A DNA stretch of 64,000 nucleotides from Coriobacteriales bacterium (GCA_051876105.1 JBJEHN010000065.1:5841-69840); one strand, 5' to 3'. Shown: positions 48,181 through 56,750, numbered from the stretch's first letter. Numbers and translations are program-made. The notes: generated by a model not told the origin, from the sequence alone.

Positions 48181-48359
48181 GGACGGGGGTGACTCGGCAG
48201 TTGGTCTAACAACCTCATTGGTTAGAAGGTGAGACCTCAATTCTGGTTTTTGCCTTGCAATTCTGGCGGGTTCGTTCATCATCATTCAAGTCGTTTGCTG
48301 CACGCGTCTGTTCCCCACACGCAGAGACCGGCAGCGTCCCCAATATGAGGAGGGCTGCT

Positions 48360-48911
48360 ATGCCTGAAGAGTTCGAGAGCTTTGAGGAAGAGGAGCTCGA
48401 GGAAGTCGTCGAGTCTGAGGACGAAGAGGAGCGCGAGTTCACGGACGAGGAGCTCGACCTCGTTGCAGACACCGCCATCGACACGCTGAAGGAGATCCTC
48501 GACTACTTCGACATCACCAACGCAGAGATCAATGAGTACGAGGGCGATGAGGGAGAGATCATCCTCGACATCGTCGGCGGTGACGAGCTTGCCATCCTCA
48601 TCGGCCGCCGCGGCCGCACGCTCGATGCCCTGCAGCTGGTAGTCTCCACCATCAGCTACCGCAAACTGGGCTTCCGCTACCCCGTCACCGTTGACGTCGA
48701 GAGCTACAAGCACCGCCAGCGCCAGAAGATCGAGTCCATGGCTGCTTCTGCTGCCAGCCGCGCCTATCGCCAGGACCGCGAGGTCAAGCTGCGCCCCATG
48801 AACCCCTACGAGCGCCGCATGGTCCATATGGCCCTTCGCGATGACGAGCGCGTTGAGACCGTCTCTGAGGGTGTTGACCCCAACCGCTGCGTAGTGATCC
48901 GCCCGCTGTAA
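48360..48911 (+). CDS. jag: Jag/KhpB-type RNA-binding protein (acidic N-terminus, KH and R3H domains)
   Basis: LAILIGRRGRTLDALQ (KH GxxG) and ERRMVHMAL...V.T.SEG (R3H). Start ATG 48360 follows GAGGAGGG. Confidence 0.85.
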   Translation: MPEEFESFEEEELEEVVESEDEEEREFTDEELDLVADTAIDTLKEILDYFDITNAEINEYEGDEGEIILDIVGGDELAILIGRRGRTLDALQLVVSTISYRKLGFRYPVTVDVESYKHRQRQKIESMAASAASRAYRQDREVKLRPMNPYERRMVHMALRDDERVETVSEGVDPNRCVVIRPL

Positions 48912-48952
48912 CAGTACGCGGTGGGTTCCGACTTTCGTATGACAAAATAGGC

Positions 48953-48968
48953 AGGTTTCACGTGAAAC
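48953..48968. promoter_or_regulatory. parS site (one mismatch), overlapping the rsmG start codon
   Basis: GGTTTCACGTGAAACA compared with the consensus TGTTNCACGTGAAACA. Confidence 0.75.
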
Positions 48969-49687
48969 AGACCGAAGAAAAGAGGGCCGCCCTTGCAGCG
49001 GCCCTTGGTCGCTTGGAGCTTGAGCTTAGCCAGCAGGTGCAAGATCAGCTCCTGAGCTTCCTCGACCTGGTAGTAGAGAAGAACAAGGTCCTCAACCTCA
49101 CACGCATCACATCATTCGATGATGCTGTAGTTCTGCACCTTGAAGACTCGCTTTCCATACTTGAGACCTTCCGTCATACCTCCGGGGAGTTTCTAGACAT
49201 CGGCACTGGTGGAGGCTTCCCAGGTATACCGATGGGGATCACCACCGAGCGCAGGGGTGTGCTCCTGGATTCAGTGAAGAAGAAGGCTGTTGCTGTTGGA
49301 GAGTTCATAGAGCAGCTTGGATTGCAGGAGCGGCTGAAGGCTGTGGGTATGCGCAGTGAAGAGCTGGCAGCAGAGATGCCTGGGCACTTCGGTGTGGTGA
49401 CAGCGCGAGCTGTCTCATCTCTGCCGGCGGTTGAAGAGCTTGCCACTCCCCTACTCAAGCACGGTGGGCACCTGATTGCCATGCGCGGCCCTGACTCTCC
49501 TGAAGATATTGAACAAGGTAAGGCTGCTGCAAAGCTACTTGGGCTCACACTTATGGAGCGTTTAGAGTTCACTATTGGTCCGGAGCGGGAATATCACAGG
49601 TCTCTCTGCGTGTTTGAGAAAACCGGTAAGCCTAAAGTTAAGCTCCCCCGTCATCCCGGCTACGCGTCAAAACGTCCCTTGGTGTAG
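48962..49687 (+). CDS. rsmG: 16S rRNA (guanine527-N7)-methyltransferase RsmG/GidB
   Basis: NLTRITSFDDAVVLHLEDSL...LDIGTGGGFPGIP SAM motif. GTG start lies inside parS. Confidence 0.9.
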   Translation: MKQTEEKRAALAAALGRLELELSQQVQDQLLSFLDLVVEKNKVLNLTRITSFDDAVVLHLEDSLSILETFRHTSGEFLDIGTGGGFPGIPMGITTERRGVLLDSVKKKAVAVGEFIEQLGLQERLKAVGMRSEELAAEMPGHFGVVTARAVSSLPAVEELATPLLKHGGHLIAMRGPDSPEDIEQGKAAAKLLGLTLMERLEFTIGPEREYHRSLCVFEKTGKPKVKLPRHPGYASKRPLV

Positions 49688-49910
49688 CTGTTTGAAGCGA
49701 ATTACTGGCTATGGTAGATGCACTAGCGGCGCTTCTGAGCCGCTAGTGCTATGTGTAGATAACACTTAAACCACCACATAGCATGTCAATTAGAGAAGGC
49801 GAAGGTTGAATCCTTAGAGGTTTAATGGCAAAAATGGTGCTGCTTACCCATAATAAAGCTGTTGGGTCTTCCCCTTCTCGTTCTCCTGAACACAGCGAAT
49901 GCCCCCTTCT

Positions 49911-50054
49911 GTCATTCTGAGCGCAGCGAGCCTCAGCGAGCGAAGTCGAAGGATCTCCAGCGGAGCCGCGAGACCGCAGCGCGGGTGCACGCGTCTCGCA
50001 CATCACCTCGAGATCCTTTGACTCCGGCACCAAGGCCCCTATGCTTAAGGTGAC
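49911..50054. repeat. MITE-like repeat, family B, subfamily B2, copy R4
   Basis: Sequence gtcattctgagcgcagcgagcctcagcgagcgaagtcgaaggatctccagcggagccgcgagacc...cctcgagatcctttgactcc...gcttaaggtgac. Confidence 0.75.
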
Positions 50055-50510
50055 AGGATGAAGACATGAAAGACTGTAAGTTGACTACATTCTGTTGTGG
50101 TTGCTCATGAAACTCATCGACTGCAGCCTTCTAGGTACTCCACCTTAGGTGATGGAAGAAGGCGACTCAGCAGCTTTGCTCTGATCCAAAACAATCCCTT
50201 CAAACAGAACGATCTAAGAAGAAGCCTGCCTAGTATCAGTGATACAAGCCATTGAGTCATAGATATATATACATTGTATAGATAAGTTTACATAAACGAC
50301 ATTAAAATCATGCATATAAGATATACATATACACTATCGATTTAGCTGCTTTGAATTACTAACACCCGTCGGGCGATCCTCTCACTTTATAAAAGTAAGG
50401 CGAGTTCGTTCAAGTCATTCAACAAGAACTAAACACAGCTAATAATGTAATCCTCTAAAGTTAGTTATAAGCGTTCTTAACTTGAATAGAGCTGTTGTCT
50501 CAACCTTTTC

Positions 50511-50634
50511 TCATCATCTTGAGCATAAAGAGCGCTAGCAAGTGGAGTTAAAGAATCTCGAGTTGAGCTGCGAGGCCGCAGCTCAACTCGAGATTCTTTA
50601 ACTACTACGTAAATGCGCCTCCGCTTAAGATGAC
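50511..50634. repeat. MITE-like repeat, family B variant, copy R5, with a 27-bp perfect inner stem
   Basis: Left arm 50546-50572 is agttaaagaatctcgagttgagctgcg. Loop is aggc. Right arm 50577-50603 is its exact complement. Outer ends are tcatcatcttgagc / gcttaagatgac. Confidence 0.8.
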
Positions 50635-50679
50635 GAGAATGAGAGCTCTGTAGTGGTCCTATAGCTCCACAGTGATGAT

Positions 50680-50695
50680 TGTTTCACGTGAAACA
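50680..50695. promoter_or_regulatory. parS site (perfect), centre of a 28-bp perfect palindrome at 50674-50701
   Basis: Sequence gatgatTGTTTCACGTGAAACAatcatc. Confidence 0.85.
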
Positions 50696-50756
50696 ATCAT
50701 CAAAACTTTTGGCTTTGTTTACCTTCAATGGTGCCAATAAAACCACAAGCCGGACC

Positions 50757-50933
50757 GTCATTTAGACCGGAGGCGCGTAGCGCTGTTGTGGAGAAATCTC
50801 AGGTTGAGCCGCGAGACTGTATCCGGAGCCACGGTCTACAAGCTCCATCTGAGATTTCTCCACGCTTGCACTAACGTTTGCTTGGTCGAAATGACGGCAG
50901 ATGGGGTGCTTTCGCTCGTGTGGTCGAAATGAC
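50757..50933. repeat. MITE-like repeat, family B, copy R6 (terminal arm duplicated)
   Basis: Sequence gtcatttagaccggaggcgcgtagcgctgttgtggagaaatctcaggttgagccgcgagac...catctgagatttctccacgcttgcactaacgtttgcttggtcgaaatgac. A second ggtcgaaatgac lies 38 nt later. Confidence 0.8.
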
Positions 50934-51095
50934 GTGTGGAGCCCACAAATAAGGAATAATGCAGACAATTATTGGATGTGTAAATCCATAATGGTGCTAA
51001 CGAGGTAAAGCCCTGAGCTGACAACTATAACAGCGGGGCAGCGATGCCTACCAATCCGTCAGTTCGACCGAAAGGGCGCTAGCGGACCTGAGATT

Positions 51096-51237
51096 GTCAT
51101 TTCAACTGGAGGTGTGTAGCACTCTAGTGCAGAAATTACAGGATGAGCAATAAGACGGTGCTTCGAGCTGTAGTTCTCTACCCCACTTAGAATTCTTCAC
51201 TTACTCACTCACTAACGTTCGCTTGCCTAAAATATCG
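51096..51237. repeat. Degenerate AT-shifted MITE-like repeat, family B, copy R7
   Basis: Sequence gtcatttcaactggaggtgtgtagcactctagtgcagaaattacaggatgagcaataagacgg...cttagaattcttcacttactcactcactaacgttcgcttgcctaaaat. Confidence 0.55.
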
Positions 51238-51455
51238 GTAAAGGCTGCGCTGTTATTCAAAAGGTCAAAACAATATTCAAAGAGATCCATTACGGATTTC
51301 CAAAGCCACTAATTATGTAGTAGCCATAGCAATCGCAAAATATAGTAATCCAGGAAGTGTACACAGTATAAGGCGAGCACTGCAATAACCCTTTGAATCG
51401 AATGGAAGTGTAGAAAATAGTTTTTAAACATGGTATTCAAAAAAAATAAACAGAT

Positions 51456-51471
51456 TGTTTCACGTGAAACA
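51456..51471. promoter_or_regulatory. parS site (perfect), about 70 bp upstream of parA
   Basis: Sequence TGTTTCACGTGAAACA. Confidence 0.85.
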
Positions 51472-51538
51472 AAACTGTATCTAGCTATGACAGAAGAATG
51501 CACATATACTCACATCAGCACGCTAAGAAAGGAGAATC

Positions 51539-52345
51539 GTGAGTAATACAGAACGAAAAGAAGCAGATCGCGATTGCTTGATCCTTGGAGTGATTAACCA
51601 AAAAGGCGGTGTAGGTAAGTCTACTACTGCTGTAAATCTCTCTGCGGCGCTAGGTGAAAAAGGTTTCAAGGTACTGTTGGTTGACCTTGATCCACAAGGG
51701 AACAGCTCCTCAGGAATCGGCTTTGATAAGACTGACTGTGAGTTGAGCTCGTATGATTGTCTGTTGAACGATGATGTAGAAACCGCGAACATTATCGTTG
51801 AGGTTGATGTAAAGGGCGTAGACTTGATACCAGCCACTATTGACCTAGCTGGAGCGGAAGCAGAGCTGGTTCAGGAGATTTCAAGAGAATCTAGGCTGAA
51901 AGAAGCTCTTGAGGAAGTCCAAACGGAGTATGACTTCATCATCATCGATTGCCCGCCTTCACTTGGTTTGTTGACTATCAATGCACTCACTGCATCAAAT
52001 CAGCTGATAATTCCTATCCAATGTGAGTTCTTTGCACTGGAGGGTCTTGCAAAGATCATGAACTCAGTGAATATGGTGAAAAAGCGCCTAAATAAGAAGC
52101 TAGAGATATTTGGTGTTGTTATCACGATGTTTGATGGTAGGACTTCTCTTGCAAAACAAGTTGCAGAAGAAGTGAAGAATTACTTTGGTAAAAAGGTGTT
52201 TGCAACAAAGATACCCCGTACTGTACGCATCAGTGAGGCTCCTGGGTATGGTCAACCTATCACAGAGTATGAGCCGAATGGCAAAGGTGCAAAGGCGTAT
52301 CGCGATCTAGCAGAAGAAACTGCTGAGCGTTACTACGCGCTCTAA
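51539..52345 (+). CDS. parA: Chromosome-partitioning ATPase ParA/Soj
   Basis: Deviant Walker A NQKGGVGKSTT, and IIIDCPPSLG. GTG start follows AAGGAG. Confidence 0.93.
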   Translation: MSNTERKEADRDCLILGVINQKGGVGKSTTAVNLSAALGEKGFKVLLVDLDPQGNSSSGIGFDKTDCELSSYDCLLNDDVETANIIVEVDVKGVDLIPATIDLAGAEAELVQEISRESRLKEALEEVQTEYDFIIIDCPPSLGLLTINALTASNQLIIPIQCEFFALEGLAKIMNSVNMVKKRLNKKLEIFGVVITMFDGRTSLAKQVAEEVKNYFGKKVFATKIPRTVRISEAPGYGQPITEYEPNGKGAKAYRDLAEETAERYYAL

Positions 52346-52383
52346 ACGAATAAGTGTTCGGTTCGCTCTCAATTGGAGTAAGC

Positions 52384-53253
52384 ATGGCAGCTAAAGCAAA
52401 AAGTGGGTTGGGTAAAGGTCTTGGTGCTTTGTTTGAAGAAGCAACGATGGAGTCTGGAACCAAAGAGAAGTCGAATGGTGACAGCACTCTCTTGCTAGAC
52501 GAGATTGAACCTAACCCGGATCAGCCTCGCTCGAACTTTGATCAGGCCGCACTTGATGACTTGGCTGACTCAATCAAGAAAGAGGGTCTGCTTCAGCCGA
52601 TTTTAGTGCGCCCGCGTGATGGCAAGTACCAGATTATCGCAGGTGAAAGGCGCTACCACGCTTGTAAGCTTGCAGGTTTGGAAGAAGTGCCGGTTCGCAT
52701 CCTGGAGATGGATGAGGAGCAGACGCTTCGCGTTGCGCTAATTGAAAATCTTCAGAGAAGCGACCTCAACGCTATCGAAGAGGCACGCGGTTACAAGAAC
52801 CTCATGAGGGTTGGAAACCTCACACAGGCTGAGTTGGCCGAGGCGGTATCAAAATCACGCAGTGCAATCGCCAACAGCCTCCGTCTGCTCGACTTGCCAG
52901 AAGAAATCCAGGAGTACATCTACGAAGGGAAGATCACAGCGGGTCATGCACGCGCTATCCTCTCTGTTCCTGAGTACGAGAAGCGCCTTAAGCTTGCAGA
53001 GAAGATCTTTGATGAGAACCTCTCTGTACGCGAGGCTGAGAGCATCGCTCGTCTTTACGCTGCTGGGAACCTCGAGCGTCCCGTGAAGCCCGCTGCCCCT
53101 AGGAGCTATAAAGTGATAGCGAAGGAGTTGAAATCGCGCTTCAACACGCCGGTGAAGGTGAAGACCACTGGCGGTAAGAACCGCATCGAGATTGAGTTCA
53201 AAGACGAAGAAGACCTCCAGCGCATCTATGCAGTGATCAAGAACCAGATGTAA
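52384..53253 (+). CDS. parB: Chromosome-partitioning protein ParB/Spo0J
   Basis: GLGKGLGALF, ParB boxes QPILVR...IIAGERRYHA and ALIENLQRSDLN, and the HTH TQAELAEAVSKSRSAIANSLRLL. Confidence 0.93.
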   Translation: MAAKAKSGLGKGLGALFEEATMESGTKEKSNGDSTLLLDEIEPNPDQPRSNFDQAALDDLADSIKKEGLLQPILVRPRDGKYQIIAGERRYHACKLAGLEEVPVRILEMDEEQTLRVALIENLQRSDLNAIEEARGYKNLMRVGNLTQAELAEAVSKSRSAIANSLRLLDLPEEIQEYIYEGKITAGHARAILSVPEYEKRLKLAEKIFDENLSVREAESIARLYAAGNLERPVKPAAPRSYKVIAKELKSRFNTPVKVKTTGGKNRIEIEFKDEEDLQRIYAVIKNQM

Positions 53254-53273
53254 CCATACAGCTGTATATATAG

Positions 53274-53308
53274 AAGCAGCCCCTCCCGATAATCGAGAGG
53301 GGCTGCTT
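53274..53308. terminator. Bidirectional terminator between the convergent parB and MarR-like genes
   Basis: Hairpin aagcagcccctc...gaggggctgctt followed by gcgttt. Confidence 0.75.
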
Positions 53309-53336
53309 GCGTTTGAGTGGGGGAGTGTTACTCAGC

Positions 53337-54242
53337 TTATTTAGCGGGGAAGAACTCAGAGAACTCGTGGTTGGAAAGGCCGGGGAAGCAAGTATCGAAG
53401 ATCTCGCACAGCTCGCCCTTGGTGTCGTGCACGAAGCGCGAGCCCTTGCGCGAAAGCGTAACGCTTGCCGCGCGGCGGTCCTTGCTGTTGCAGGCCCTGT
53501 TGATGAGGTTGCGGTCTGTAAGCGTGCGGATGGAGAGGGATGCAACGTTGGGGCGGATGTTGATGAACGCGCTCAGGTCCTTGAGCCTCATGCCCTTGTT
53601 GTTGTTCCCAAGCACGCGCAGGATGCGGGCCTCGTTGGGGGAGAGGTCCATCGTGCGCTCGAACTCGGTCATCTTGGAGATGAAGTACGTGATGCTCTCA
53701 ACGATGAGGACGCGGGTGATGTGCTGGATAATCTCGTCCTGGCTCTGGTCGAGATGGAGGTCGCTTGCGATCCGCGTGGCGATGGAGGTGATGTCTTCCT
53801 CATCGGTATCGAAGAACACGTGCGAAGAGGCTGGCAACAACAGCTCGTTGAGCTCCTCGATCTTCTCAGGGAAGGGCGCAGGGCAGTCAACTTCAAACGC
53901 CTTGCGCACAGCGGGGATGAAGTTGGGGGTGATGGCTATGCCCTTTTCGGTGATGTTGATGTAGACGTTGCGGCGGTCGAGGTCGTCGTAGGTGCGGCTG
54001 ATGTAGCCGTCATCGACCAGATGGTTGACGGCAGCGGTGATAGTGCTGGGCTTGAGGAACAGCGAGGTGCCTACGTTGCCGATGGGGTGAGGCTCATGCG
54101 TGCCGATGTAGAAGAGGATGCGGGACTGGGTGATGTTGAGGCCGCAGGACTCTTTGACGTTCTTGTCGATGCTGTTGTTGAGACGTATGAAGTGGTTGAT
54201 CCAGTCGAGACGTGACCCGATGGACAGGTCTGCTGATGCCAT
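53337..54242 (-). CDS. Tandem (two-domain) MarR-type winged-helix transcriptional regulator
   Basis: There are two MarR-like units. The first is ITQSRILFYIG...LKPSTITAAVNHLVDDGYISRTYDDLDRRNVYINITEKG. The second is EARILRVLG...IRPNVASLSIRTLTDRNLINRACNSKDRRAASVTLSRKG. Start ATG 54242 follows GGGGGAG. Confidence 0.7.
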   Translation of the reverse strand: MASADLSIGSRLDWINHFIRLNNSIDKNVKESCGLNITQSRILFYIGTHEPHPIGNVGTSLFLKPSTITAAVNHLVDDGYISRTYDDLDRRNVYINITEKGIAITPNFIPAVRKAFEVDCPAPFPEKIEELNELLLPASSHVFFDTDEEDITSIATRIASDLHLDQSQDEIIQHITRVLIVESITYFISKMTEFERTMDLSPNEARILRVLGNNNKGMRLKDLSAFINIRPNVASLSIRTLTDRNLINRACNSKDRRAASVTLSRKGSRFVHDTKGELCEIFDTCFPGLSNHEFSEFFPAK

Positions 54243-54605
54243 AGCGCTCCCCCTTGGTTGCAAGCTCTCACGAATAATAAGGATAAACAAGCTGCTCAAC
54301 GCGCTTTCGTTGCAATAGAAAGTGTAATACGTCAAGAGTAGTAATGAATAAAACAAATGAAATAATCGTGAAGAATAACTTAATCAAAAACACAACTAGT
54401 AAATAAAATACTCAATTCAAGGAATTAGGAGAATTTAATATCAATAATGATTCACACTACAGTCAATAAAACCGCAGGTAAACGAGCTAATTCAGAATTA
54501 TAGTAAAAAGAGAATAAACAACAAAACAACCAACAGATAGTAAAAGGCGTAGCTTGACACTGCGCTCCAACGAGAGATTAATTACTCAAATTAACCATAT
54601 GTAAA

Positions 54606-55697
54606 CTAAGAGTTGTTGTGGGCTTGGATGAGCTGGCCACACGCTCCGTCGATATCGGAGCCGCGGGAGTCGCGTATGCTCACCTGCACACCGGCACGCT
54701 CGAGGGCGGTTTTGAACTCGGGCATGCGGCCGGAAGGCTCCATAAGGTAGCCTTGCTCATCGCCGCTGGAGCGCTTGATGGGGTTGAGGGGGATGAGGTT
54801 CACATGGCACAGCATCCCGCTGCAGAAGCCCACAAGGGCCTCGAGCTGCTCGTCTGAGTCGTTGACGCCGGCCATAAGCGCGTATTCGAGAGAGGGCCGG
54901 CGGCCGGTGGTACGCCCGTATTCGACAAGCGCCGCGCGCAGGCGGGGGAGGGGGTGGCCCTTCACGCCGGGCATGATCTGGTCGCGTGTCTGCTGGACAG
55001 CGCTGTGCAGGCTGATGGCGAGGGTGAACTGCTCGGGCTCGCGCGCGAAGCGCTCGATACCGCCGATGATGCCGCAGCTGGAAAGCGTGATGTGGCGCGC
55101 GCCGACGCCTAAGCCCAGCTCGGCGTTGATGCGGCGCAGGGCCTCGATGCTTGCCTCGTAGTTGGTGAAGGGCTCGCCCTGCCCCATGGCGACCACGTTG
55201 GTCACGCGCTTGCCGAAGTCAGCGCCCACGAGGCGCACCTGCTCAACCATCTCACCAGCGTTGAGGTTGCGGGTGAAGCCGCCCCAACCGGTGGCGCAGA
55301 AGGTGCAGCCCATTGCGCAGCCCGCCTGAGTTGAGAAGCACACCGTAAGGCGCGAGCCGTCGTGCGAGGGGATGCCCACCGTCTCAACAGCCACGCCGTC
55401 TGCAAAGCACACGAGGTACTTGCGTGTGCCGTCTGCGCTCACTTGGCGCGCGGCCACCTGGGGCAGCTGCAGGGTGCAGGCCGCGGCGAGCTGAGCGCGC
55501 AGGTCCTTTGAGAGGTTGGTCATCTCGTCGAAGGAGGCCGCGCACTTCTGCCAGAGCCACTGCTCGACCTGCTTGACGCGGAAGCGCGCCTGCCCGAGCT
55601 GGCCTGTGAGCAGCTCCTCGAGTTGGGCGTGGGTGAGCGCCTTGATGTCGACGGGCGTGCGAGCGTCCACGTGAGCCTCCAAAAAACCATGAAACAA
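54606..55697 (-). CDS. rlmN: 23S rRNA/tRNA (adenine-C2)-methyltransferase RlmN (radical SAM)
   Basis: FRVKQVEQWLW, radical-SAM CAMGCTFCATG, and the C-terminal GSDIDGACGQL block. Confidence 0.9.
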   Translation of the reverse strand: MFHGFLEAHVDARTPVDIKALTHAQLEELLTGQLGQARFRVKQVEQWLWQKCAASFDEMTNLSKDLRAQLAAACTLQLPQVAARQVSADGTRKYLVCFADGVAVETVGIPSHDGSRLTVCFSTQAGCAMGCTFCATGWGGFTRNLNAGEMVEQVRLVGADFGKRVTNVVAMGQGEPFTNYEASIEALRRINAELGLGVGARHITLSSCGIIGGIERFAREPEQFTLAISLHSAVQQTRDQIMPGVKGHPLPRLRAALVEYGRTTGRRPSLEYALMAGVNDSDEQLEALVGFCSGMLCHVNLIPLNPIKRSSGDEQGYLMEPSGRMPEFKTALERAGVQVSIRDSRGSDIDGACGQLIQAHNNS

Positions 55698-55793
55698 AAC
55701 CAGGCCGCGCGTGCTCCCGTAACACTATGGGTGCAGCGCTCAGTTAAGATACCACCTGCGAGGAAAGAACCCATACGAGCAGAGGGGTCAACT

Positions 55794-56750
55794 ATGGTCA
55801 ACGCAACGCCCTGCAATCCCGCCACGACGAAGGTCACCTTGCTGAAGGGCGGCCGCAGCGGCGAGCGCGAGGTGTCGCTGCGCTCCGGTGCCGCCTGCGC
55901 ACAAGGCCTGCGCAGCATGGGCTTCCCCGTCACAGAGGTGGATACAGGCGAGCCCGACATGATCGCCCAGATCATCGCCAGCGAGCCGGACGTCATCTTC
56001 TGCGCCCTGCACGGTAGGGACGGCGAGGACGGCCGCATGCAGGGTCTGCTCGAGCTGATGCGCGTGCCCTACACGGGCTCCGGCGTGCTGGCCAGCGCGC
56101 TTGCCATGGACAAGACCCGCGCCAAGGCCATCTACCGCCAGGCCGGCCTGCCCACCCCGGGCTCCGTGGACCTGGTCCGCGGCCGCGGCTACAGCGTGGA
56201 CGAGATCGTGGCGGCGGTTGGGGAGCACTGCGTGGTCAAGCCCGCCAGCGAGGGCTCCAGCCTGGGGATGGCGATCATCGAGCGCGCCGAGGACCTGCCC
56301 GCCGCCATCGAGGAGGCCTTCAAGTTCGACTCGCTCCTGCTGGTGGAGAGCTTCGTCGCCGGCATTGAGACCACCATCGCCGTGCTCGGCAACGACGAGC
56401 CCGAGCCGCTCCCTGTGATCGAGATCGTCACCCAGGAGAGCAGCGAGTTCTACGACTTCGACGCCAAGTACGCCCCCGGCGGCTCCACCCACATCATCCC
56501 CGCGCGCATCCCCGCCGAGCAGCTGGCCGAGTGCCAGCGCCTGGCCGTCGAGGCCCACAAGGCCCTGGGCTGCCGCGGCGTCTCGCGCACGGACATCATC
56601 GTCTCACCGCAGGGCCAGATGTGGATCCTGGAGACCAACACCCTGCCCGGCATGACCGCGACCTCCCTGCTGCCAGACGCCGCCAAGAGCGTCGGCATCG
56701 AGTTCGGCCCGCTGTGCAAGCTGCTCGTGGAGCTGGCGCTGGAGCAGTAA
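55794..56750 (+). CDS. ddl: D-alanine--D-alanine ligase
   Basis: LLKGGRSGEREVSLRSG, HGRDGEDGRMQGLLE, and the ATP-grasp blocks EVNTLPGMT-like ETNTLPGMT. Start is ATG 55794. Confidence 0.9.
   Translation: MVNATPCNPATTKVTLLKGGRSGEREVSLRSGAACAQGLRSMGFPVTEVDTGEPDMIAQIIASEPDVIFCALHGRDGEDGRMQGLLELMRVPYTGSGVLASALAMDKTRAKAIYRQAGLPTPGSVDLVRGRGYSVDEIVAAVGEHCVVKPASEGSSLGMAIIERAEDLPAAIEEAFKFDSLLLVESFVAGIETTIAVLGNDEPEPLPVIEIVTQESSEFYDFDAKYAPGGSTHIIPARIPAEQLAECQRLAVEAHKALGCRGVSRTDIIVSPQGQMWILETNTLPGMTATSLLPDAAKSVGIEFGPLCKLLVELALEQ

Noticed and set aside
50066-50110. Tiny Cys-rich ORF MKDCKLTTFCCGCS, with a weak AGGA upstream.
   Set aside because: It is 14 codons in AT-rich non-coding DNA, with no conservation evidence available. 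It is indistinguishable from chance without ribosome profiling or homologues.
49749-51024. Track ORFs 49749-50033, 49862-50053, 50762-50968, 50836-51024, 21577-21771, 21581-21841 and 2923-3831 (5' part).
   Set aside because: All of them are read through family-B repeat copies, which explains the recurring peptide strings such as ...EISRLS...VEMT.... They have no start-site support.
49688-51538. The AT-rich rsmG-parA gap as an alternative oriC.
   Set aside because: I found no perfect or one-mismatch TTATCCACA boxes there, whereas the regions flanking dnaA have six. The strand-bias switch is at 45.6-46.2 kb, not here.
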